A stretch of 64,000 bases of DNA from an uncultured Acidobacteriota bacterium (GCA_963788965.1 CAWBIK010000007.1:4147-68146), one strand, 5' to 3'. Shown: positions 20,411-28,350, counted from the first letter of the stretch. Made by a program: numbers and translations. Notes: a model not told the origin generated them from the letters alone.

Positions 20411-21038
20411 ATGAACAAGAAACGGATTATGTTGCTGGCGGCGGTGGCCTTCGTGGCCCTGAGCGCGAGCGGCTGCGGTTACAATACACTGAATGCGAAG
20501 CACCAGGGCGTGCGGGCCAAGTGGGCGGGCGTTGAGACGCAGTTGCAGCGCCGCGCCGATCTGATCCCGAACCTGTTTGAAGCCGCGCAAGGCCGCGGGC
20601 ATACAGGAGCAAGAGGTCTTCGGCCAGATCGCCGAGGCGCGCTCGCGGCTCTTGAACGCAACGAGCGCCCCGCCGCAAGGTGAAGGCGGCGACAAGTCGC
20701 CCGAACAGAAGGCGCAAATCATCGCGGCGAACAACAGCTTCGGCGGCACTATCGGGCGCTTGCTCTCGCTATCGGAGAACTACCCGCAGCTTCGGTCCAA
20801 CGAAAGCTTCTTGAAATTTCAAGACGCGCTCGAAGGCACGGAGAATCGCATCAGCGTCGCACGCAACGATTACAATGCCAGCGTGCAAGACTACAACACG
20901 ACGCGCAGCAGTTTTCCGACCGTCCTCTTCGCCAAGATGTACGGCTTCAAAGAAGAACCCTACTTCGCCGCCGAAGACCGCGCGCGCACAGCCCCGACGA
21001 TCAACTCTGACACCCTGCGCCGCAACCAGAACCGCTAA
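20411..21038 (+). CDS. lemA: LemA family protein; one frameshift as sequenced
   Basis: ORFs 20411..20683 and 20577..21038 together give a lipoprotein-like N-terminus, WAGVETQLQRRADLIPNL, and then ENYPQLRSNESFLKFQDALEGTENRISVARNDYN, the LemA signature. The frame switch lies at about 20590-20600. Confidence 0.85.
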
Positions 21039-21053
21039 GCGCACGACGAAACG

Positions 21054-21093
21054 AAAAGAGGCCGCTGCTTGATCAAGCAGCGGCCTCTTTTTT
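21054..21093. terminator. Rho-independent, potentially bidirectional terminator
   Basis: aaaa-gaggccgctgctt-gatc-aagcagcggcctc-tttttt: a perfect 13-bp GC-rich stem flanked by an A-run and a T-run, immediately after lemA. Confidence 0.8.
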
Positions 21094-21129
21094 GTCTAAT
21101 CAATCCTTCTCTAACCAACTTCAGCCGCG

Positions 21130-21390
21130 ATTGAACTTGATTCAGCCGCGACCGAATCAACTTTTATCGCAACTGAACTTAGTTCGGTCGTGACTGAACT
21201 AACTTTTATCGCAACTAAACTAACTTCGGTTGCGACCGAACTAAGTTCAGTTGCGACTAAACTAACTTCAGTTGCGACTGAATTAACTTTCATTGCAACT
21301 GAATCAAGTTTGGTTACGACTGAATTAAGTTCAGTTACAACTGAATCAAGTTCAGTTACAACTAAACTTAGTTCAGTTAGGCTTGCATTA
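21130..21390. repeat. Tandem array B: degenerate 21-bp repeat, about 12 units
   Basis: Units phased at 21130+21k: ttcagccgcgattgaacttga / ttcagccgcgaccgaatcaac / ... / ttcagttgcgactaaactaac / ttcagttgcgactgaattaac / ... / ttcagttacaactaaacttag. Confidence 0.85.
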
Positions 21391-21401
21391 TGTTCGTTTG
21401 C

Positions 21402-21860
21402 TTAAAAACCTCGCGAACTGCACATGGCGCAGTGGTCGCAGGGTTTGCCGCCCGGTTCGACGGTGCAGACCTTCTCGCGCTCGAAGAAATCAACCAACTC
21501 GGAGACGGCCTCGTCGATGCCGAAGCGTTCCTGACTTGGATGTGGCACGACGGGAATGTAAGTGCTGCTGGTCCAATGTTGTTGCGGCGGCTGCGTTGTG
21601 CGCGCAGCATTTGTGGTCGTATGACTCGGCTGCGCTGACATGCCCACGGCGCTGTCTTCGTGCCCGCAGTCGTCTGTGTGCGCGACGTGCGATTCGATCT
21701 GGGCCAGACGTTGCTGCACTTCGCCGAGACTGTGCCGCAGGGCCGCCAGTTCGCGCCCGACATCCGGCGCGTGCTCGGCCGGCGCAGGCTCAGGCGTGCG
21801 TGCGAGGCGGGCGGCGATGCGCTCGGCGAGCGCGCGTGCTTGATCTTGCTCTGTGCTCAT
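21402..21860 (-). CDS. BMC-locus small protein: amphipathic N-terminal helix, Pro-rich linker, Cys-rich C-terminus
   Basis: 152-aa ORF. Its ATG overlaps the stop of the upstream BMC-P gene (ATGA). N-terminus ARALAERIAARLAR followed by TPEPAPAEHAP. C-terminus CTVEPGGKPCDHCAMC. Confidence 0.55.
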   Translation of the reverse strand: MSTEQDQARALAERIAARLARTPEPAPAEHAPDVGRELAALRHSLGEVQQRLAQIESHVAHTDDCGHEDSAVGMSAQPSHTTTNAARTTQPPQQHWTSSTYIPVVPHPSQERFGIDEAVSELVDFFEREKVCTVEPGGKPCDHCAMCSSRGF

Positions 21861-22159
21861 CGCGTCTCCACCTTGTTTATCTCGTCAGGCAGTAGATCGA
21901 TGCGGTCCACCACGCCGACAATCGCCGAGTCTATAGCTGCGCCCGGTTCGCCCGTCGCCGCCGTCGAAGCGCCCCAACCTTCTTGCACGATCAAGACCAC
22001 ATCGCCCGCGCCCGCGTCCACCGAATCGAGCGCGATTAAGGTCGCGCCTGTCTCCGCGCCGTCCAGCGTCATGGGCTGGCAGAGCATGACGCGTGCGCCC
22101 GCGTAACGCTCGTTCTTCTGCGTCGCCACGACGTTGCCTAAGACGCGCGCGAGAATCAC
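21857..22159 (-). CDS. BMC vertex pentamer protein (EutN/CcmL family), paralog 1
   Basis: Translation from GTG 22159 gives VILARVLGNVVATQKNERYAGARVMLCQPM...VDAGAGDVVLIVQEG...AIVGVVDRI. The GTG overlaps the TGA of the upstream paralog (GTGA). Confidence 0.85.
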   Translation of the reverse strand: MILARVLGNVVATQKNERYAGARVMLCQPMTLDGAETGATLIALDSVDAGAGDVVLIVQEGWGASTAATGEPGAAIDSAIVGVVDRIDLLPDEINKVETR

Positions 22160-22443
22160 TTGCGTCTGCCCCCGTTCGTGACGTGCGCGTCGGAATCGAC
22201 GATGCCGACGATGGTGCAGTCGGTCGGCGTGTCTTCGCGCTTGAACGGGAAGCTCGCCTCTTTGCCGCGACACCAGATAACCAACTCGCCCACGCCCGCG
22301 CCGATGGCATCGAGCGCAACCAGCGGCGACCCTTGCGGCCGCAACTGCGCGTCGAGCGATTGGATCACCAACAGCTTACGCCCTTCGAGTGAATCGTTCT
22401 TCACCGTCGCCACGACCGTCCCGATGACCCGCGCAAGTTGCAT
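22156..22443 (-). CDS. BMC vertex pentamer protein (EutN/CcmL family), paralog 2
   Basis: MQLARVIGTVVATVKNDSLEGRKLLVIQSL...LDAIGAGVGELVIW...TIVGIVDS is the EutN/CcmL fold signature. Confidence 0.9.
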   Translation of the reverse strand: MQLARVIGTVVATVKNDSLEGRKLLVIQSLDAQLRPQGSPLVALDAIGAGVGELVIWCRGKEASFPFKREDTPTDCTIVGIVDSDAHVTNGGRRK

Positions 22444-22463
22444 GAGAAGCTGACCGCTGATCG

Positions 22464-22733
22464 TTAATCGCTCAAATCCACCGTGTCGATCACGCCGACG
22501 ATGGCGGCATCGACGGGCGCATCCTTCATGCCTTCGGCGAGACGCGCCGACGAGCCGGCGACGACCAGCACGCGCTCGTGAAAGCCCGCGCCGACCGTGT
22601 CCACGGCGACGACATAACCGCTCGCGTCCGTGCCGTCCAAATTCATAGGCCGCACGATCAAGAGCTTCTTGCCCCTGAGCCGTTCGTCCTTCTGCGTCGA
22701 GACGACCGTGCCTAGTATGCGCGCAACAATCAT
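22464..22733 (-). CDS. BMC vertex pentamer protein (EutN/CcmL family), paralog 3
   Basis: MIVARILGTVVSTQKDERLRGKKLLIVRPM...VDTVGAGFHERVLVVAGSSAR...AIVGVIDTV closely resembles EutN. Confidence 0.9.
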   Translation of the reverse strand: MIVARILGTVVSTQKDERLRGKKLLIVRPMNLDGTDASGYVVAVDTVGAGFHERVLVVAGSSARLAEGMKDAPVDAAIVGVIDTVDLSD

Positions 22734-22740
22734 AACAAGC

Positions 22741-22818
22741 CGTAAAGCGTGAATCGTAAATCGTGAATAGATAGAACTGTTGTTATCTATTCACGATTTA
22801 CGATTCACGATTCACGAT
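22741..22818. repeat. Heptamer-tiled palindromic element, CGTGAAT/ATTCACG family
   Basis: gtgaatcgtaaatcgtgaatag pairs perfectly (22 nt) with ctattcacgatttacgattcac. The centre is atagaactgttgttat. Lies inside the BMC operon between the BMC-H and BMC-P genes. Confidence 0.9.
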
Positions 22819-22820
22819 CC

Positions 22821-23103
22821 CTAGTCGTTGCCGATGGGCAGGGCTTCGTCCACGCTGCCGTGCGGGCGCGGGATGACGTGAACGCTGACCAGTTCGCCGA
22901 CGCGGCGTGCGGCGGCTGCGCCCGCGTCCGTCGCGGCCTTAACGGCCGCCACGTCGCCGCGCACGATGGCGGTCACAAAGCCTGCGCCGATCTTCTCGTA
23001 GCCGATCGAGCGTCACGTTCGCGGCCTTGACCATCGCGTCCGCCGCTTCGATCATCGCTACCAGCCCCTTAGTCTCGACCATGCCGAGTGCTTCCTGTGG
23101 CAT
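22821..23103 (-). CDS. BMC shell hexamer protein (BMC-H, PduA/CcmK-like); 1-nt insertion frameshift as sequenced
   Basis: Reverse translation from ATG 23103 gives [32 protein letters not shown]. After removing one base near 23008 it continues [48 protein letters not shown]. The span is 283 nt, which is 282+1. Missed by the ORF track because both halves are under 60 aa. Confidence 0.85.
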
Positions 23104-23202
23104 TCGCTTAAGCTCCTGTCAATTCGTGAATCCGCAAAGCTTGTTGTGTGCCGTCATCATGCGTGAATCGCACGCGATCCGCAAGCGGCGCTCGCTGTTC
23201 TG

Positions 23203-24024
23203 TTAAGACTTCAATTGCGTCGCCTGCGCCAGTAGTTCGATCAACTCTTCGCGCGTCAGGCTGATCTTCGCCGCGCCGTTCGTCGCCGCGTTTGTTTGCG
23301 CCGACGCAACGCTTGCGCGCTCGCCGGTCGGGCACGTGATCCGCGTCTCGTGTAGATAACCGCAAGCCTGACAGCGCGCGCGCTCGTCCAAGTAGCCTGC
23401 GGCTTCGCGCACTTCGATCAGCTTCTCAATCGCGTCGGGCGGCAGATTGCGCGGCCCGCCGATGGCGCGCGCAAGGATCGCGATCTTCGCCGTGTGTTCC
23501 AACGTTTCGAGCCGGTCGAATGCTTGCCACACGTCTGCGCCGTAAGCGACCGCGCCGTGGTTCGCCATCAGCAGCGCGTTGTGATGCTTGACGAGCGGGC
23601 GCATTGCTGTGGTCAACTCGTCGGTCGAAGGCGTGCCGTAGTCAGCGAGCGGCACACAGCCCAACGTTAAAATAACTTCGGACAAGATCGGTTGGTCAAT
23701 CGCCAGCCCCGCGACGGCGAACGCCGAGCCATGCGGCGGGTGCGCGTGACAGACAGCTTTGATTTCGGGCCGCTCGCGGTAGATGAGCAAGTGCATCGCC
23801 AATTCGCTCGATGCACGACGATCATTCAACGCCTTACCGTCAAGGTCTGTGAGGGCGAGGCCGTCTTCGGTCATGCGCCCTTTGCACGTCTGCGTCGGCG
23901 TCGCCAGAATGCGCCCGTCGTCAAGCCGCACGCTCACGTTGCCGTCCGACGAGACGACGTAACTGCGCTCATACATCAACTGGCCGACGCGCACAATCTC
24001 GCGCCGCGCTGTTTGTTCATCCAT
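23203..24024 (-). CDS. Class II aldolase (fuculose/rhamnulose-phosphate aldolase-like) with about 58-aa C-terminal extension
   Basis: SSDGNVSVRL...SSELAMHLLIY...AVCHAHPPHG...MANHGAVAYG are class II aldolase/adducin motifs. The extra C-terminus is CQACGYLHETRITCP...LTREELIELLAQATQLKS. Confidence 0.9.
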   Translation of the reverse strand: MDEQTARREIVRVGQLMYERSYVVSSDGNVSVRLDDGRILATPTQTCKGRMTEDGLALTDLDGKALNDRRASSELAMHLLIYRERPEIKAVCHAHPPHGSAFAVAGLAIDQPILSEVILTLGCVPLADYGTPSTDELTTAMRPLVKHHNALLMANHGAVAYGADVWQAFDRLETLEHTAKIAILARAIGGPRNLPPDAIEKLIEVREAAGYLDERARCQACGYLHETRITCPTGERASVASAQTNAATNGAAKISLTREELIELLAQATQLKS

Positions 24025-24030
24025 CTGCTG

Positions 24031-24471
24031 TTAATCCTCGAAGCCCGCGAGGTCGTGTGCGCTGTCGAACTGAAACTCGACCAACTGCTCGGCGTCGGTG
24101 AACTGCCCGCCGACGATAGCCTGCCGAAACCTGATATGCCGCGCTGCTTTCATCGCTTGCTCGGTCAGCCCTGCGGGCAACGTTTTAACAGGCTTGATGT
24201 CAGATACCGTGCCATCCCAGTTGAGCGTCATGCTTAGCTCGACCGTGCCCGTCACGCCGTTACGGATCGCCTCGTCAGTGCGCGGCAAGCGCGGCTGGTA
24301 CACGATCAGCACCGGCGCATCGCGCATACCCCGCGCCGGGTGCGAGTCTGCCACGTACACACGCGGCCCGCGCGTGCCGTACCGCATCACGACCTTAACC
24401 AGTGCGGCGGCGCACGTGCTGACCATCAGCGTGAGCGTCAGCAACAGTATTTGTTTGAGCAACCATTTCAT
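24031..24471 (-). CDS. TonB C-terminal-domain-like protein with signal anchor
   Basis: 146-aa ORF. N-terminal hydrophobic helix. GVTGTVELSMTLNWDGTVSDIKPVKTLPAGLTEQAMKAARHIRFRQA resembles TonB_C. Ends 7 nt upstream of the aldolase ATG. Confidence 0.55.
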   Translation of the reverse strand: MKWLLKQILLLTLTLMVSTCAAALVKVVMRYGTRGPRVYVADSHPARGMRDAPVLIVYQPRLPRTDEAIRNGVTGTVELSMTLNWDGTVSDIKPVKTLPAGLTEQAMKAARHIRFRQAIVGGQFTDAEQLVEFQFDSAHDLAGFED

Positions 24472-24534
24472 AGCGTTGACCTCCGCCGTCGCAAGTGTCG
24501 CCGCGTATAAACGAACCGAGCAAAATGTGCGCGC

Positions 24535-25251
24535 TTACTTGCCGGACAGTTCACGCTCCTCGCGTTGCGCGATCTCTTCGTAGGGCAGCAGGCTGCGCGG
24601 GTTGGTGATGCACACGACCTGCGGGCGCGCGAGGAAGTAAGATAACGATTCAAGTGAGATCGTCAAATCCACCGTCTTCACCTTGACGCCGAGCCGCGCG
24701 TGCAAACGCACGGGCGCGAAATTCAAGACCGCACGCACGCCGGCCGACATCACTTGATTCAACACGCGTTGCGCCACGCGCGCCGGCACGGCCACGACCG
24801 CCACTTCGATCTGCTCGTCGCGCACCACGCGCGCGATCCGCCGCACGTCATGCACGGGAATCTCCGCGCGCCCCACCTTGCGCCCGATCTTCTCGCGGTC
24901 GTTATCAAAGAGTGCGACGACCGCGAAGCTCGACGCGCTGAAGCCGTTATAGTTGGCGAGCGCCGTGCCCAAGTTCCCTGCGCCGATGATGCCGACGCGG
25001 CGCGGCACGTCTAGCCCCAGAATCTCCGTGATGTGGCGGCGCAGTTCGTCCACCGAATAGCCGACGCCGCGCGTGCCGAACTCGCCGAAGTAGGCGAGGT
25101 CTTTTCTGATCTGCGCCGAGTTGAGATTGAACTGATCCGCCAGCGCGCGCGACGAGATCGTCTTGATGCCTGCGTCCGCCAGCAGGTTCAGGCAGCGCAG
25201 ATACACGCTTAGCCGGTTCGTCGTCAGTTCCGAAATCTTCTCCGCCTTCAT
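24535..25251 (-). CDS. rex: Redox-sensing transcriptional repressor Rex
   Basis: RLSVYLRCL...SSRALADQFNLNSAQIRKDLAYFGEFGTRGVGY...IIGAGNLGTALANY are canonical Rex wHTH and Rossmann motifs. Start taken at MKAEKISE. Confidence 0.9.
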   Translation of the reverse strand: MKAEKISELTTNRLSVYLRCLNLLADAGIKTISSRALADQFNLNSAQIRKDLAYFGEFGTRGVGYSVDELRRHITEILGLDVPRRVGIIGAGNLGTALANYNGFSASSFAVVALFDNDREKIGRKVGRAEIPVHDVRRIARVVRDEQIEVAVVAVPARVAQRVLNQVMSAGVRAVLNFAPVRLHARLGVKVKTVDLTISLESLSYFLARPQVVCITNPRSLLPYEEIAQREERELSGK

Positions 25252-25452
25252 CGCTTGCTTCTGTCCTAGCGTGGTCAGTATAGCGCGCGCGCCGCCCCGC
25301 GAAAAGACAAGGGCTGCGGCGCACACGGCTACAAGCTTTGAAGCCGCTACAACTCCCGCGCGTTGCCGACGAGTCGCGCATCAACTAAAATCCCTCGTGC
25401 ATAACCGAGACGCTCCCGAAATCTCTTCTCGTGCCATGAAACATAACGACCA

Positions 25453-26080
25453 ATGATCGCGCATCTGTCCGGCAAACTGCTCGCCAAGCATGCGACCAGT
25501 GTAGTGCTCGACGTGAACGGCGTCGGGTATGAAGTGACCATTCCGGTCACCACCTTTTATGATCTGGAAGAAGCGGGCGCGACAAGTCCAGCTTCGCATC
25601 TACACGCACGTTCGCGAGGACGCGCTGCAACTCTTCGGCTTCAACACGGCGCGCGAGCGCGAACTGTTCATCTTACTGATCTCCGTGAGCGGCATCGGGC
25701 CCAAATCCGCCATCGCCATGCTCTCCGGCATGAGCGCCGACGAGATCATCACGGCCATACGCACCAGCAACCTTGCGCGGCTCACGTCCGCGCCCGGCGT
25801 CGGCAAGAAGACGGCCGAGCGGCTCGTGATCGAACTACGCGACAAGATGGCGGCGCTCTCGTCGCCCGCGCTCGAAGAACAACTCGCGGCGCAACCCGGC
25901 GGCGCACACGTCGCGCCGACCGAGGATACGCTCTACGACGACACGCTCTCCGCGCTCGTCAACCTCGGCTATCAAAAGGCCGCCGCCGAAAAGGCCGTCG
26001 CACAGGCCATGCAAGGCGGCGACGATTTAACAGTCGAACTACTGCTGCGTCGCAGCCTGCGCAGTTTGTCGAAAGGATGA
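25453..26080 (+). CDS. ruvA: Holliday junction DNA helicase RuvA; one frameshift as sequenced
   Basis: MIAHLSGKLLAKHATSVVLDVNGVGYEVTIPVTTFYDL continues in another frame with VQLRIYTHVREDALQLFGF...VSGIGPKSAIAML...APGVGKKTAERLV. The switch lies at about 25580-25590. Confidence 0.9.
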
Positions 26081-26084
26081 GGGT

Positions 26085-26169
26085 GAAATGATGCAGGCGG
26101 AATGATGACTGATGAATAACGAATAGCTTGTCTGTCATGCATCAGTCATCATTCCGCCTGCATCATTTT
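26085..26169. repeat. Heptamer-tiled palindromic element, ATGATG-type arms
   Basis: aaatgatgcaggcggaatgatgactgatg (29 nt) has a perfect reverse complement on the right arm. The centre is aataacgaatagcttgtctgtcat. Lies between ruvA and ruvB. Confidence 0.85.
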
Positions 26170-26174
26170 CTATC

Positions 26175-27209
26175 ATGTCTGACGAACTCGATCCCGTGAA
26201 CATTCGGCCCGCCGCAGTGCTGGACGAGGAGCGGCAGTTCGAGTTGTCGCTGCGCCCGACGCGGCTGGCCGAGTACATCGGGCAGCGCAAGGCGACCGAC
26301 AACCTGCGCGTCTTCATACGCGCCGCGACGCAGCGGCACGAGGCGCTTGATCACGTCCTGCTGACCGGCCCGCCCGGTCTTGGCAAGACTACGCTCGCCA
26401 ACATCGTCGCCAACGAGATGAACGCAGAGTTGCGTTCAACCGCCGGCCCCGTCATCGAAAAGCCCGGCGATCTGGCCGCGCTATTGACCAACCTGCAAGA
26501 AGGCGATGTCCTCTTCATCGACGAGATTCACCGCCTCAACCCGGCCATCGAAGAAGTGCTCTACCCCGCGATGGAGGATTACCAACTCGACCTCATGATC
26601 GGGCAAGGCGCGGCCGCCCGCTCGATCAAGTTAGACCTGCCGAAGTTCACTTTAGTCGGTGCGACCACACGCGCCGGTTTGATCACCGCGCCGTTGCGCG
26701 GTCGCTTCGGCATCGTCTTCAATCTGGATTTCTACAAGCACGACGAGTTGGAGTTGATCGTGCGTCGCTCGGCGGAGATTCTTAAGCTTGAGATTGACGA
26801 AGGCGGCGCGAAAGAGATCGCGCGGCGCGCACGCGGCACACCGCGTATCGCTAATCGGCTGTTGCGGCGCGTGCGCGATTTCGCGGAGGTCGAATACGAA
26901 GGGCACGTCACGCAAGCAGTCGCCAACGACGCGCTCAACCGCATGGAAGTGGACACTTACGGCCTTGACGAGATGGATCGCAAGCTGCTGTTGACGATCA
27001 TCGAGAAGTTCGACGGCGGCCCCGTCGGCCTCGGCACGATCTCGGCCTCGCTGCAGGAGGAGAAGGATTCGATTGAAGAGATCATCGAGCCTTACTTGAT
27101 CCAGATCGGCTTTCTCAACCGCACGCCGCGCGGGCGCATGACGACGCGGCTCGCTTATCAACACTTCGGCGTCACGCCGCCGCCGTCGAGTCCGGGGCTG
27201 TTCAGTTAA
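26175..27209 (+). CDS. ruvB: Holliday junction ATP-dependent DNA helicase RuvB
   Basis: 344-aa [15 protein letters not shown], Walker [18 protein letters not shown] and [17 protein letters not shown] are diagnostic. Confidence 0.95.
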   Translation: MSDELDPVNIRPAAVLDEERQFELSLRPTRLAEYIGQRKATDNLRVFIRAATQRHEALDHVLLTGPPGLGKTTLANIVANEMNAELRSTAGPVIEKPGDLAALLTNLQEGDVLFIDEIHRLNPAIEEVLYPAMEDYQLDLMIGQGAAARSIKLDLPKFTLVGATTRAGLITAPLRGRFGIVFNLDFYKHDELELIVRRSAEILKLEIDEGGAKEIARRARGTPRIANRLLRRVRDFAEVEYEGHVTQAVANDALNRMEVDTYGLDEMDRKLLLTIIEKFDGGPVGLGTISASLQEEKDSIEEIIEPYLIQIGFLNRTPRGRMTTRLAYQHFGVTPPPSSPGLFS

Positions 27210-27342
27210 AATTGTCCGTCGGCCACAAGTCAGTGGTTCGTTGTGTATGCGGCACGCGCGCGGGTGGGTCATGAACTTGAAGGCTTGAAGGGGCGTATCA
27301 CACAACGGACGACAGACGCATGACTACGGACATTTTTGCGTT

Positions 27343-28272
27343 ATGAGACAGTGGCTCGCATCTTGGACGCGGCAACATTTCGGCGTGCGCAACCGCGCGC
27401 CGTGGACGTCGATCATCAGTCACACCGTCCACCAGTTTCACGAAAACGATCTGTTCACGCCCGCCGCCGCGATGAGCTACTTCGGGCTGTTGACACTTTT
27501 TCCCACCCTGCTCGTGCTGTTGGCCTTGAGCAACAACTTCGAGGTCGGCAAAGAGATGCTCAACCGCGCGGTGGACGTATATCCCGGCTCGCGCGAATTT
27601 TTGCGCTCGACCATTCGCTCGTTAGAGGATGTCGGCCCGACCGTCATCTTCACTTGCATCGGCGTCACGTTATGGGCCGGCTCGTGGGTCTTCAGCGTGG
27701 TCGAGCGCGCGATCAATCGCCTGTGGGGCACGAAGCCACGCACGTTCCTGCACGGGCGCGGGTTGACGTTGGCGATGATCGGCGGCATCGGCGTACTCTT
27801 GATCGCCTCCGTGCTGTTGACCTACATGCTCGTCGCCTTGCGCGAGATGACATCGCGTTTGACGCCGCGCCAGATCGAGCGCGTAGCGATGCTGTCGCTC
27901 GCGGGCAACGCGTTCTGGCAAGTCGTCTTCACGTTAGTCAGCATCACGGTCACGATCACTCTGTTCACTATCGTCTATCGGCTGATGCCGAACGGGCGCG
28001 TGACCTTGCGCGATTCGATTCCGGGCGCGGTCGTCGCCGGGCTGCTGTGGGAGATCGCCAAATACATCTTCGCGTCGAGCCTGCACTACTTTCATTACGA
28101 TCAGATTTACGGCTCGGTCGGCGCGGTCGTCGCCGTCCTCACATGGAGCTACGTCTCAAGCCTGATTCTACTGTTCGGCGCACAAATCTCGGTCGTCTTC
28201 CACCAAGAGACATCGGGCGCGCACGAAGCTGTTCATACGTCGCAAATGCCTGTCGCGCCGCAAGGCGATTAA
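27343..28272 (+). CDS. YihY/BrkB-family membrane protein
   Basis: 309-aa polytopic ORF. AAMSYFGLLTLFPTLLVL and YGSVGAVVAVLTWSYVSSLILLFGAQI are typical of the YihY (former RNase BN) family. Confidence 0.8.
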   Translation: MRQWLASWTRQHFGVRNRAPWTSIISHTVHQFHENDLFTPAAAMSYFGLLTLFPTLLVLLALSNNFEVGKEMLNRAVDVYPGSREFLRSTIRSLEDVGPTVIFTCIGVTLWAGSWVFSVVERAINRLWGTKPRTFLHGRGLTLAMIGGIGVLLIASVLLTYMLVALREMTSRLTPRQIERVAMLSLAGNAFWQVVFTLVSITVTITLFTIVYRLMPNGRVTLRDSIPGAVVAGLLWEIAKYIFASSLHYFHYDQIYGSVGAVVAVLTWSYVSSLILLFGAQISVVFHQETSGAHEAVHTSQMPVAPQGD

Positions 28273-28339
28273 CCATAAAGACACGAAGCCACGAAAGAAA
28301 CCTTTGCTGCTTCTTTTGTGTCTTCGTGTCTTTGTGGTT
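28271..28339. repeat. Heptamer-tiled palindromic element, CACGAAG/CTTCGTG family
   Basis: aaccataaagacacgaagccacgaaag ... ttgtgtcttcgtgtctttgtggtt. Starts inside the yihY stop codon. Confidence 0.85.
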
Positions 28340-28350
28340 TGATCTTGGTC

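Noticed and set aside
21111-21405. ORFs 21111..21293 (-) and 21190..21405 (+) encoding ELSSVAT-type heptads.
   Set aside because: Both strands are open only because the 21-bp unit lacks stops. The two mutually antisense ORFs cannot both be real, and neither has a ribosome-binding site.
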